Source: Podarcis erhardii
Lineage: Eukaryota
Assembly (NCBI GenBank): GCA_964252035.1
Contig: OZ176200.1
Strand: one strand, 5' to 3'
DNA length: 64,000 nt
Shown: positions 53,400 to 64,000 of the stretch, piece by piece
Layout: each line of letters opens with the position of its first letter
Position numbering within the stretch: position 1 is the first letter of the stretch
Position numbers and translations under genes: made by a program
Notes under the pieces: generated by a model
What the model was told of the DNA's origin: nothing
The model's database searches: none
Seen by the model: only the letters and a program-made list of their open reading frames with translations

Positions 53400-53810
53400 A
53401 AGTAAGGAGTTGAAATGGAAGACGCTTGCTGGTTCTGTATCGGCAGAGCATTCCAGAGGGCTGGGCCAATGACACTAAAGGCTCTGTTTCTGTCCAGTGA
53501 GCCTCGCCAACATGGGGAGCAACCACCGCCTCTCCTGCTGACGTTCTCAGCGATCAAGCTGGGATAGAAGGGTTCAAGAGATCCCTGAGGTACCCTGGAC
53601 CTAACTTGTTCCAGGGCTTCAAAAATTAATACAAGGACCTCAATGGGCAACCAGCACAGATGTTTTAGCAATGGCGTTGGCAGGGATCCCCATCGCCAGT
53701 CTGGCCACTAGATTCGGCTGGAGCTTCTGAACCAGACCCAAGGGCAGCCCCATGTAGATTGCATTGCAGTAGTCCAGTCTTGAGGTTACATGTACTGCGG
53801 TGGTCAGGCA
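53400..53810 (-). mobile_element. Degraded L2 LINE ORF2 C-terminal fragment
   Basis: Minus-strand translations contain VTSRLDYCNAIYMGLPL, LCWLPI and RAFSVIGPALWNALP, which are L2 ORF2 motifs, split by frameshifts. Confidence 0.8.
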
Positions 53811-53865
53811 ACATCCTGATATTGGTACAGATGTTCTGGTTAACATATTTCTCTGTGTGTTTTAG

Positions 53866-54186
<321 letters not shown>

Positions 54187-54377
54187 TGAGAATTTCAGAG
54201 TCACGGGGAATAGAAATATATTGACTGCATATATTGAAGCGGGGAATGATGAATCTCTAGGTCGATAAACTAGTGGTTTTGCTAGTGTAGCGCTGCTTTG
54301 ATTTGGCAAGGCATGGCGAAGGAAGGACTCTGCTCCCCTTTTGCTTTAGTTTAGTAGGAGGAAAAAAATTATGGTAG

Positions 54378-54608
<231 letters not shown>

Positions 54609-55003
54609 TGAGTGAGGAGGGGTTGGTTTTCAGGGTGGTGATTCCCATGTTAATTTATTTGTCCAAACATACTGAACTGAAACTGGCCAAGCTGACCTGC
54701 AGACAAAACCAGCTGGAGGTTCCAACTGGGGTTTGTGCGGTTCTTCTTCTTTTTTGCTAATTTCCCTTTCACACCTGCACCCAACCCTCCAGCGTGACTT
54801 TTCGGAGGGCTGCAGGGGAAAATGAAATTTGCAAAAATAAATAAATCTTCTCTCTTTCTCCAGCAGCAGGAGCATCTATTGAATAGAGTTCTGCTCATGA
54901 GAACTATTGTCCTAGCAGTGAAGCTCTTCCCATTCTCCTAGGCCTCATAAGTGCTCCTGAACACCTGAATGCATAATCTCTTGTACCAATCATTTTGCCA
55001 TAG

Positions 55004-55333
<330 letters not shown>

Positions 55334-55960
55334 TAGGTGCCTTTTAAAGTCATATCTTTTCAGTCTGGCGTTTGGATAAATGGTTTCAAAATAGGGTAGA
55401 AGCTTGCCCTTGCTGATTCTGATTTGCTGTTACGGATTTTGATGAGTTTTTCCAGTGGTTTTTATTGTTGAGTTTATTACTGTACTAGGGAGTTCTTCTT
55501 GTGACTTGCTGTGGGATTGAGTTCAACGGAGAGCAGGCAAAAAGTGGCTCTGATGAAATAATGAATAAGGACATTGGGACTGTTGGCCACTGGACTTCCA
55601 GTGCTAAGAAACTACAGACACAGTGGACACCCTGCCTGTGTCTTGCACATTTAATTGTATGAGGCAGAGTTAGCAATGAGAGAGGCTGCTGCCCATCTCC
55701 TTCACTAGTCAAAGTGAAGTTTAAACTCTCAAGTCACATAGAATAGGAATGCACTGTATGCAGTTTGCTCACAGCTCTGATCTAAGCTATACTTATCTTC
55801 TTAAATCAGCAGTCATGTTTCTCCTTCGAGTGGGCTTCATCTATGTCTTCTCAGCTCGTGACTTGGCCATGCTTACTCCTTTAATTGGAGACAGTTCTGA
55901 GTTAGAGGTAGAAGCACTCAGTAGAAAGAGTGGTTTTGTTTTCTCTGGAGGCTAGAATAA

Positions 55961-56281
<321 letters not shown>

Positions 56282-56907
56282 TAGTGTAACAGGTTTTTTC
56301 CCCCCTCCTCCTTCTCCTTTCTTCCACATTTGACATGCAAGGGGTGGGGGGTGGGATCAGGGGAACTCCTAGAGCAGAGTTTGGGGGCAGGGAGACAAGG
56401 CGAGATGGTTCCATCTGGCAATCTGAAATGCTTGTGTTGATGGAATAGTCTTTTTAGTGGTATGTTGAACTCCTCCCATTGTATTTGCACTGACATGGTT
56501 AAAACATGGAGCCTGAAAAAAATAGCCATCCCCTGTTGTTAAAAAAAACATTTGTAGAGTATGTGTCCTGTTAGAATTCTGAGTGGGTTAGGTTTCATTA
56601 AATTAACCCCTATCAAGATAAATGTGGGGTGCTTTCGGACCTCTCAAACCCTCCCTTTTTATTTTCCAGCTTATTTTCACCTAGAAAAAAGGGTAGGCTT
56701 TAAAGGTCCAAATCTTGACTCTTGATTCTGAATGTTTGGGCAGAGCAACTTCAGGGATCATGGTCACATGAGCTATCTTTGAAGACTCAAAGCAGCTTTT
56801 CCAAAGCATGCCCTTTTGAAGCCCTGAATCTTTCCCAAACACCAACTAAAGCCTTTGCTTTCTCTACTAGTTTCCTTATATGTGGTTGTTTTTGGCTATT
56901 TGAGCAG

Positions 56908-57030
56908 GGAGAAACCGTTGCGGAGCCAACAATGGGGGCTGCACTCACCTGTGCCTACCGAACAACACGTCGTATACCTGTGCTTGCCCCACAGGCTTTC
57001 GGAAGACCAGCAGCCACACCTGTGCTCAGA
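56908..57030 (+). CDS. LRP4: LRP4 exon 16, EGF-like 3 ([40 protein letters not shown])
   Basis: tttgagcag|GG ... CAGA|gtaagt, 123 nt, phase 1-1. Confidence 0.96.
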
Positions 57031-57902
57031 GTAAGTGTGATAAAGAAGAGCTTTTACACCTTGATAGGTGTCTGTGCACACGCACGCACATGCATGTGAA
57101 AGTGAGAGAGAGAAAGAAAAAGAGAGAGGAGGAGGGTTGGAGGTAAAACAAACAGAAAAAAGGCATATTCTATACTATGGATGATCAGGGAAAGGATTGA
57201 AGGTTAAAATGGCAGTATTGTAAAGTGTTTATGTAAACAAAATGGGTAGTATGTAAAGTGCTTATGTACATTGATGGCAGAGCTGCCTTTTAAATGTTGT
57301 GTTGGATTCTGGTTGAATCTATAAAAAAATACTATAGAGCTGGAAAAGATGCTGGAGAGAACTTGCAAAATGATTGGTGTAATTGAGCCCTATATGAAAA
57401 GGTGAATATGTTTGAAGGTTTTTCGCTTAGAACAATAAAAGACAGCTTTGTGATTTTTTTTTTTTGTTAAATTGAAAAGTGGGTTACATCACAATAAAGA
57501 GATGGAGATGGAACACGACATGAGTTTGTAAAGTGGTGTGGAGAATGTGGATAGAGGGAATGGTTTCTCTTACGTCATACTAGATTTCAGGGTCACCTAA
57601 TGGAATCAGTCATGATTCGAGACAGACAAAAGACACAATGCGCAATTCACTTATGAAATATACTATCACATGCCACTTGCATAGTTGTTTCTTAAACAGG
57701 GTTCAGACAAATTTTATACTGAATTTATACTGTTCTGTTTCCATGTGGAAAGGATTCACCTGTTTTATACTTTAAACAGTTTTATCTGTTTTATAATTGT
57801 ATATTCTGTTGTTGCCTGCCCTGGGACCTTAAGGCAAAGGACAGACAGGAAATCTTATAAATAAATTAGTAAATAAGTTATGGGGCATATGTTTATGAAC
57901 AG

Positions 57903-58076
57903 CTCCTAGCCATGACACTCCTGATTCAGAAGCAGTGTACCTCTGAATGCCAGTTACTAAGGCAAATTTGCTTTCGTGCCCTGCTCCTGGGCTTTCCAAA
58001 AACATCAACTTGGTCACTGTGAGACACAGGATACTAGGCTTGACTGGGCTGATCCAGCAGGGCCCTCACGTCCTTA
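57903..58076 (+). mobile_element. CR1 LINE 3' UTR fragment
   Basis: tcctagccatg...cagaagcagtgtacctctgaatgccagtt...ttggtcactgtgagacacaggatact...ctgatccagcaggg. Confidence 0.6.
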
Positions 58077-58437
58077 TCTCTTATTTATATGGGAGACTGG
58101 TGAAAGGATGATTCTCCTCCTTTTAGAAGGGCTGTCAGCCCGCTTTCATTTTGTGTCAGATTTGCTTCCCTTGGGGAGATGCTTTCCCAGCAGCACATCC
58201 TCCTCTGTCCCCACCCCAAGCATCCTCTGCCAACGGCAGATGCGTACAGCATCCTACCCACTTGCTAGCTATGCATTGTCTGTCCTCCACTATATTGGAT
58301 ACACATGTCATAGAAGTCCATGCAAAAGGGGCGTGGATGCAGCAGAGCTTAAGACGTAACGAGATAATTTTCTGTTGTCTGTTGCCATGTTGTTGAACTT
58401 AGAGAAATTAAAAGAAGACCTTTCGACCTTTGATCAG

Positions 58438-58646
58438 GTCTTGACAAGTTCCTGCTTTTTGCCCGAAGGATGGACATCCGTCGTATCAGCTTCGACACAG
58501 AAGACCTGTCTGATGCCGTCATCCCCTTGGCCGATGTGCGCAACGCAGTGGCCCTGGACTGGGATGCAAAGGATGATTACGTCTACTGGACGGACGTCGG
58601 CACTGATTCCATTAGTCGGGCAAAATGGGATGGAACAGGACAGGAG
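58438..58646 (+). CDS. LRP4: LRP4 exon 17, start of propeller 2 ([34 protein letters not shown]...KWDGTGQE)
   Basis: cctttgatcag|GT ... GGAG|gtaatg, 209 nt, phase 1-0. Confidence 0.96.
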
Positions 58647-59208
58647 GTAATGTGCTTCTGGGGTGGTGAGGCACTGCACAGCGTTGTTTTGGAAATTTAA
58701 GCCTTTTCGAAAATGAATATTACAGTTTGATTGACTTCTCTGTATTGCTGGCTTGGCCGCACACCGGCATGCGCATGCCGCCTTGCAAGTGCCTGTGGGC
58801 AGCTAATGCAATCAAACATTGAAATGAGGGCATCTGCGCCGTCCAATAAATGAGTGAAATGAAGATAGCTAGAATATGATCTAGACTGTCAGGAGATAAT
58901 TACAGTGTACCTTTCTCAAACAGCTGGGACAAATTAAATTTTAAGTCCCGCTAGCGCACATCAGTTCTCTAATCATCTTTTGTGTGCGCCCACAATTTAT
59001 CATTGAAGCAGCCAGATGATGGCATGCTACGTCTTAGTTTGTTCTGCATCCATCTCTTTGACGTTGATATTCAGTTATCTGTGAACATCCATTCGTAGTT
59101 GAATGTGGATAGTACAAATTTCTGCTGCTGAGCAGGATCCAGCAGCAAGTCTGTTAAGGGAACCCCTCTCTCCCCCTAAGATTCCTTCTTGCTTTTGTTT
59201 CTTGCTAG

Positions 59209-59290
59209 GTTGTGGCAGATAGCAGCCTGGAAAGCCCTGCTGGTCTGGCTGTGGACTGGGTCACCAACAAGTTGTACTGGACAGATGCAG
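59209..59290 (+). CDS. LRP4: LRP4 exon 18, propeller 2 ([27 protein letters not shown])
   Basis: tttcttgctag|GT ... GCAG|gtactg, 82 nt, phase 0-1. Confidence 0.96.
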
Positions 59291-59593
59291 GTACTGACTA
59301 TCTAAAACCACCTTAGTCTCTGGAGCATTGCCTCCTAAATCCTAACTGGGCCATACCAAATAATGCATATTTGGAAGTATGAACAATATCCCCTCCCCCA
59401 CAGACAAACTGGTTGGCATATTACATCCTTCTATGGACATGCAATGGATTGTTTTCAGACATCACAATAAATCTGTGGTTTATCAGCCATGTCCCCCGCC
59501 CCCTGGGTTTGGTATCTTCCCACTCCTGTCTCCTCCTCCAGCTTGGTTGTGAGGATAATAATGAAAGCTTCCTCTCCCAAATTCTATTACTTT

Positions 59594-59860
59594 AATGTGT
59601 CACATCTGAACTGCAAACGGTGGTTAATCTTAACTATGGTTTGTTGAAACGAATTGGATTAATAAACTGTGGTTTGAAGTTGGCCGTTTTGAAACAAGGT
59701 TCATCAGTTTTGTAAGATTTGAACAGCACAGTGAGTTGTGGTTAATCAAAAATGGGCCAAACGCCTTGTGACTATGTTGGGAGGCGGGGGATAGCTCAGG
59801 GGTACGCGAGACTCATTTTCTTCCCATTAAAAATTAAACCATGGTGTCCAAATGCAGCTT
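59594..59860. mobile_element. Probable degraded MITE related to the intron 9 element
   Basis: Shares ttaatgtg..acatctgaa and the recurring actatggtt / tgtggttt / aaaccatgg motifs; termini unclear. Confidence 0.35.
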
Positions 59861-60572
59861 TGCTGCTTTCCTAGAAATTCAGGGAGTATGAGCTCCTGTT
59901 TAATAATCCGAAAAAGATGTTCTCAATGGCCGCACAAATGTCCTTGCATGACATTTCAAACATCTTGCCGTGCACCTTATTCCTATATGGATTTGTTTGT
60001 ATAGACCACAGAATTAAAGCTTTTCCTCAAGCCGTTTCAAACTGTGGCTTGAGGGCTGCATGTCTGGATGCTTCCCCATAGGGGAAGCATGATTTATTTT
60101 CTCTGCATGTGGAAAATAAAAGTATGCTCAGGTACAGAGATGATCCAGCTTCCATTTGTCCCTGACATGCTATTTTTCTATGCACAGAGGTCTCCCCCCC
60201 CCCCATGGTGTAGTGTTCAAAACATGCAGCCTGTCACCTGCAGCCTGAAGTGGTACAGTCCAGGAAATGATTTACATTTGGCTATGCTAATAGCATCTGG
60301 TCCTCTGTTTCACTGATTTTAGTGGAAGTTGCTTCCGAAATAAGCTTGCTTCAAAATGCAGCCTAGTTGACTGAGAGTTTGTACAGATGTGGAGTGGGAT
60401 TCTAAAGCAAACTTCTCAGGGTCGCTGAGCAATTTAGCTTGCTGATACTTTCAGTTTTGGTGATGGGAGTGAAGTGGAGACTGTACTTTTGTCTAGATGT
60501 TTCTCTTTAATGGTCTCCCCTATGACTCTGGAGGCTTATGGTCTTTCCATCCTCTTCTTCTAATCTATGCAG

Positions 60573-60678
60573 GAACAGACCGGATAGAGGTGTCTAACAC
60601 AGATGGAACTATGCGGACTGTACTGATCTGGGAGAATCTAGACAGACCCAGGGATATTGTGGTGGACCCTGTTGGAGG
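60573..60678 (+). CDS. LRP4: LRP4 exon 19, propeller 2 ([35 protein letters not shown])
   Basis: ctaatctatgcag|GA ... GGAGG|gtgaga, 106 nt, phase 1-2. Confidence 0.97.
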
Positions 60679-61163
60679 GTGAGAAGCTGCTTTCGCAGGA
60701 GTCTGCATAGCAGGGTCTCCTTTGTGCTAGTGTGTTTAAATCTTTCATGCCACTGCCATGCGAGGTCCCTGTTGCAATTCCTAAAAGGTTGGGGGGGGGC
60801 TGGATGCCGGTGTGGATGGCTCTGCTAAAACAGCAGGACTGGGAGCAATCAGACTGCCCTAGTCCAGCCACCCAAATGCAAGGGTCCTCCTCCGTGTTCA
60901 ACATCCTTAACTCCTCATGTGCAAGCCAAGAACAGAAGGAGCCAAAGCATACCTGATCAGAGTTGCCTGTAGGACAAGGTGTAATTTCAGTAAAAATATA
61001 AAAGAAACAAAGAAAAGCCAAATTAACACATTGGTCTTTAACTGGTCTGCCCTTATCTGACCTGGAGTTTGAAATGTTCTTTCTGGTTGCAAATAGGGAC
61101 AAATCTCAGTTCGCCAAGGTCCCACAGAAAGAAAAAGAAACCCATTCCTAGCTTTTTAACATT

Positions 61164-61285
61164 GATAGCTCAGTCAGTAGACCATGATGCTCTTAATGTC
61201 AGGGTCGTGGGGTTGAGCCCCATGTTGGGCAAAAGATTCCTGCATTGCGGGGGTTAGACTAGATCTCAACTTTATAATTCTATGA
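61164..61285 (+). mobile_element. tRNA-Lys-like SINE with CR1-type tail (POM-SINE-like)
   Basis: gatagctcagtcagtagaccatgatgctcttaatgtcagggtcgtggggttgagcccc...gattcctgcattgcgggggttagactag...aattctatga. Confidence 0.78.
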
Positions 61286-61302
61286 CCTTCACTGTTTGGG
61301 AA

Positions 61303-61494
61303 GGGCTGTAGCTCATTGGCAGAACATCTGCCTTGCATGCCAAAGGTCCCAAGTACAATCCCTGGCATCTCCAGTTTGCACTGGAAAAGTCCCCTGCCTG
61401 AAACCTTGTAGAGCCGCTGCCTGTCAGTGTAGACAATAGTGAGGCTAGGTGGACCAGTAGCCTGACTCTGCACAAGGCAGCTTCCTGTATTCCT
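61303..61494 (+). mobile_element. tRNA-derived SINE (Squam2-like)
   Basis: gggctgtagctcattggcagaacatctgccttgcatgccaaaggtcccaagtacaatccctggcatctccag...gtcagtgtagacaat...aaggcagcttcctgtattcct. Confidence 0.78.
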
Positions 61495-61921
61495 GATGCT
61501 CTGTCTCTGGCTGTGGCCATTTCATATCGCTTACTGTCACTACCTGGAAGGAGACATTGTGAGAAAGCAGTGCAACCTAGGTTTGCCTACAAAAACAGAC
61601 TAAAGAGAAACTGTGTTGTCTTAATTTTTTGAAGTTCATGGAATGGTCTGATGGCACATGGAAGTTCTGAACTGAAAGTCCTGAAATTCTATTGCCTCAT
61701 TTTTGCAGAAAAGAGAAGGCCCACATGATAATGGGATCTCTTGGCAGCCTTTTTTATTTTTTATTACTCTTCCTTTGCATGGAGTCTTAGAGTAGGGTGT
61801 ACAGATTCTGGTTTAGGAGAGTAGTCACTATGAAAGTAGAAAGCACTTGCCCATTCGTTTGTGGAGCTCATTGGCAGGGGGGAATAATTCTGCCACTAAA
61901 GGAACAGAAGTCACGTGCAGT

Positions 61922-61939
61922 TGTGTGTGTGTGTGTGTG
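61922..61939 (+). repeat. (TG)9 directly upstream of the exon 20 acceptor
   Basis: gcagt(tg)9cag|ATTC. Confidence 0.97.
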
Positions 61940-61942
61940 CAG

Positions 61943-62144
61943 ATTCATGTACTGGACTGACTGGGGGGCTAACCCAAAGATTGAGCGTGCAGGCATGGAC
62001 GCCTCTGACCGCTTGGTGATCATCTCTTCCAACCTGACCTGGCCCAATGGACTAGCCATTGATTATGAATCTCATCGTCTGTACTGGGCAGATGCTGGCA
62101 TGAAGACAATTGAGTACGCTGGCCTGGATGGCAGCAACAGGAAG
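61943..62144 (+). CDS. LRP4: LRP4 exon 20, propeller 2 ([36 protein letters not shown]...GLDGSNRK)
   Basis: (tg)9cag|A ... GAAG|gtaaga, 202 nt, phase 2-0. Confidence 0.96.
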
Positions 62145-62214
62145 GTAAGAAAGCCAAGGTGAATCAAAGGCTTCTGGGAAAGGAGCTGTAAATAGGAATT
62201 GCTTTGGGATAAAA

Positions 62215-62654
62215 TATAATAATAGTAATAGTAATAGTAGTAATAATAGTAATAATTTATTTATACCCGCCCATCTGGCTGGGTTTTCCCAGCCACTCTG
62301 GGTGACTTCCAACTGAATATTAAAAACAATACCGCATCAAACATTAAAAACTTCCCTAAACAGGGCCGCCTTCAGTTGTCCCTTAATAGTAAAATAGTTG
62401 CTTATTGCTTTGACATCTGCTGGGAGGGTGTCCCACAGGGCAGGCGCCACTACCGAGAAAGCCCTCTGCCTGGTTCCCTGTAACCTCACTTCTCGCAGTG
62501 AGGGAACCGCCAGAAGGCCCTCGGCACTGGACCTCAGTGTTCAGGCTGGATGATGGGGGTGGAGACGCTCCTTCAGGTATACAGGACCGAGGCCGTTTAG
62601 GGCTTTAAAGCTCCACACCAACACTTCTAATTGTGCTCGGAAACGTACTGGGAT
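62215..62654 (-). mobile_element. L2-type LINE 3' end with (TAT/TAC)n microsatellite tail
   Basis: Plus strand ataataatagtaatag...ttatttatacccgcccatctggctggg...cccagccactctggg...gaggccgtttagggctttaaag...gtgctcggaaacgtactggga; CpG-retaining and looks young. Confidence 0.7.
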
Positions 62655-63290
62655 GTGTGTTTGCCAATTGGTCCAATGCAACTTGCTTCTGGACTCCAAA
62701 AGGTCTCGGCTGCTTAGATAATTAGCCCAAGGGTAGGGACCATCTTGTTATTGACCCAAAAAATTAAAAATAAAATAATGCTTTGAATTAATGTCTGTCT
62801 GAACCTGCAAATCAATCTACTCCTGAGTGAAGAATGCATACTGCAAAAAGTACAAGGAGAGAGATGGATGCTTTGCTGGGGCTACCTGCAGCCTCTAGAC
62901 CTGGGTGGGGAACCTGGGGCCCAGGGACCAAATATGCCCTCCAGGTCTCTCTGCCTGGTCCTCAGATCTCTTCTCATGCCATAACCCTTCCTGGTCCTAT
63001 TTTACACCCCATGTGCTTTTACCTGGCTGGAATGTGTCCTTCAACTCCGATCATGCCTGGATGGAGTATAGAGAGGGTAAAATGCAGGCTACTGTACAAA
63101 GGAAAAATTTGTTGCACAGCCCCTTTTTGCCTCTGGCAAATAAAACCAATTGCACGTGGCCCCTAGGAGGTTGCCCAGAAGGATTTGCGGCTCTTTGGAC
63201 TGAAAAACAGCCCCCTTTGGTCCCTGTTGCCATGCCGGCTGTGTGTTGTTACTAAAACTTCTTGCGGGTCTTTGTTTTGGGGACTGACAG

Positions 63291-63480
63291 GTGCTGATCG
63301 GAAGCAACCTGCCTCACCCCTTTGGGCTTACTCTTTATGGAGCTCGGCTCTACTGGACCGACTGGCAGGCAAAGAGCATCCAGAGTGCTGACAAAAGGAC
63401 GGGGCAGAATCGTGAAACTCTGCAGGACAACCTGGAAAACCTCATGGACATCCATGTCTTCCATCGGCACAGGCCTTCAG
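63291..63480 (+). CDS. LRP4: LRP4 exon 21, end of propeller 2 ([34 protein letters not shown]...HRHRPS)
   Basis: ggactgacag|GT ... TCAG|gtacat, 190 nt, phase 0-1. Confidence 0.96.
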
Positions 63481-63552
63481 GTACATGGGAGGGGATACGC
63501 CATCCCTTTCTGCTTGGCATGTCCCTACAGCTAGAGAGCCTCTGCTGGATGA

Positions 63553-63630
63553 CTGCCTATTCCTGAATTGCAGGGGTTTGGACTCTAGACGATCCTCAGG
63601 GTTCCTTCCAACTCTACAATTCTGTGATTC
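63553..63630 (+). mobile_element. SINE/CR1 3' tail fragment
   Basis: attcctgaattgcaggggtttggactctagacgatcctcagggttccttccaactctacaattctgtgattct. Confidence 0.65.
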
Positions 63631-63814
63631 TAAGCAACCTGCACCCCAACAGAAATTTAACTCAAAAGTACATGCGAATGAATCCTTTGTGACTCATTTT
63701 AATGGAAAGCGCTCCTCTGTGCTGTTTATGTTCCCATGCATGCTTGTAGAATTTTGAAGCATGCTGTTGTCATCGTCATTTTTAATTTGTATACCGTCCT
63801 TCTGTCTTACAATA

Positions 63815-64000
63815 CAGTGGTACCTCGGGTTAAGTACTTAATTCTTTCCGGAGGTCCGTTCTTAACCTGAAACTGTTCTTAACCTGAAGCACCACTTTAG
63901 CTAATGGGGCCTCCTGCTGCTGCCGCGCCGCTGGAGCATGATTTCTGTTCTCATCCTGAAGGAAAGTTCTTAACCCACGGTACTATTTCTGGGTTAGCGG
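63815..64000. mobile_element. Tigger/pogo-type MITE, same family as 44771 in the opposite orientation, truncated by the window end
   Basis: ta|cagtggtacctcgggtt; interior cactttagctaatggggcctcc and ctgttctcatcctgaa...gtactatttctgggttagcgg are reverse complements of the 44771 copy. Confidence 0.88.

Noticed and set aside
56902-56907. NAGNAG acceptor (GAGCAG) at exon 16
   Set aside because: GAG is a very poor acceptor, and the distal CAG gives the 123-nt exon matching the recalled ortholog.
58516-58518. Ala in LSDAVIP (exon 17) where I recall Asp in human LRP4
   Set aside because: It is a single substitution judged against a remembered sequence, with no alignment or structural evidence of significance.
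61164-61400. tRNA-like sequences (also 7801, 26285, 49133, 2995-3123)
   Set aside because: They are degenerate heads of SINEs followed by SINE bodies and tails, and the cloverleafs are not intact. They are not tRNA genes.

Overview
Vertebrate genomic DNA, not prokaryotic. The SINE/MITE content points to a squamate lizard, probably a lacertid; this is inferred from recalled repeat families, not from a database search. The window holds 20 consecutive coding exons of LRP4 (LDL-receptor-related protein 4, the agrin/MuSK co-receptor and Wnt/sclerostin modulator) on the + strand. By homology to the recalled human structure they are exons 2-21, from 32449 to 63480. They total 2961 nt (987 codons) in one open frame with canonical GT-AG boundaries, and encode 8 LDLa repeats, 2 EGF modules, YWTD propeller 1, an EGF module and YWTD propeller 2. 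I could not find exon 1 (signal peptide) or a CpG-island promoter, so 1-32448 is most likely part of a long intron 1; the gene also continues past the right edge. Introns are filled with Sauria SINEs, other tRNA-derived SINEs, CR1/L2/L1/Penelope-like fragments, hAT and Tc1/mariner-type MITEs, and microsatellites. I found no new gene system. The most unusual observations are: a Sauria SINE flanked by a 71-bp direct duplication; an exon 20 acceptor whose polypyrimidine tract is replaced by (TG)9; an intron 9 almost wholly made of a fold-back element; tandem in-frame acceptors plus a poly-Ser expansion at exon 2; inverted MITE pairs that could drive dsRNA or circRNA formation; and an unexplained 300-codon intronic ORF.
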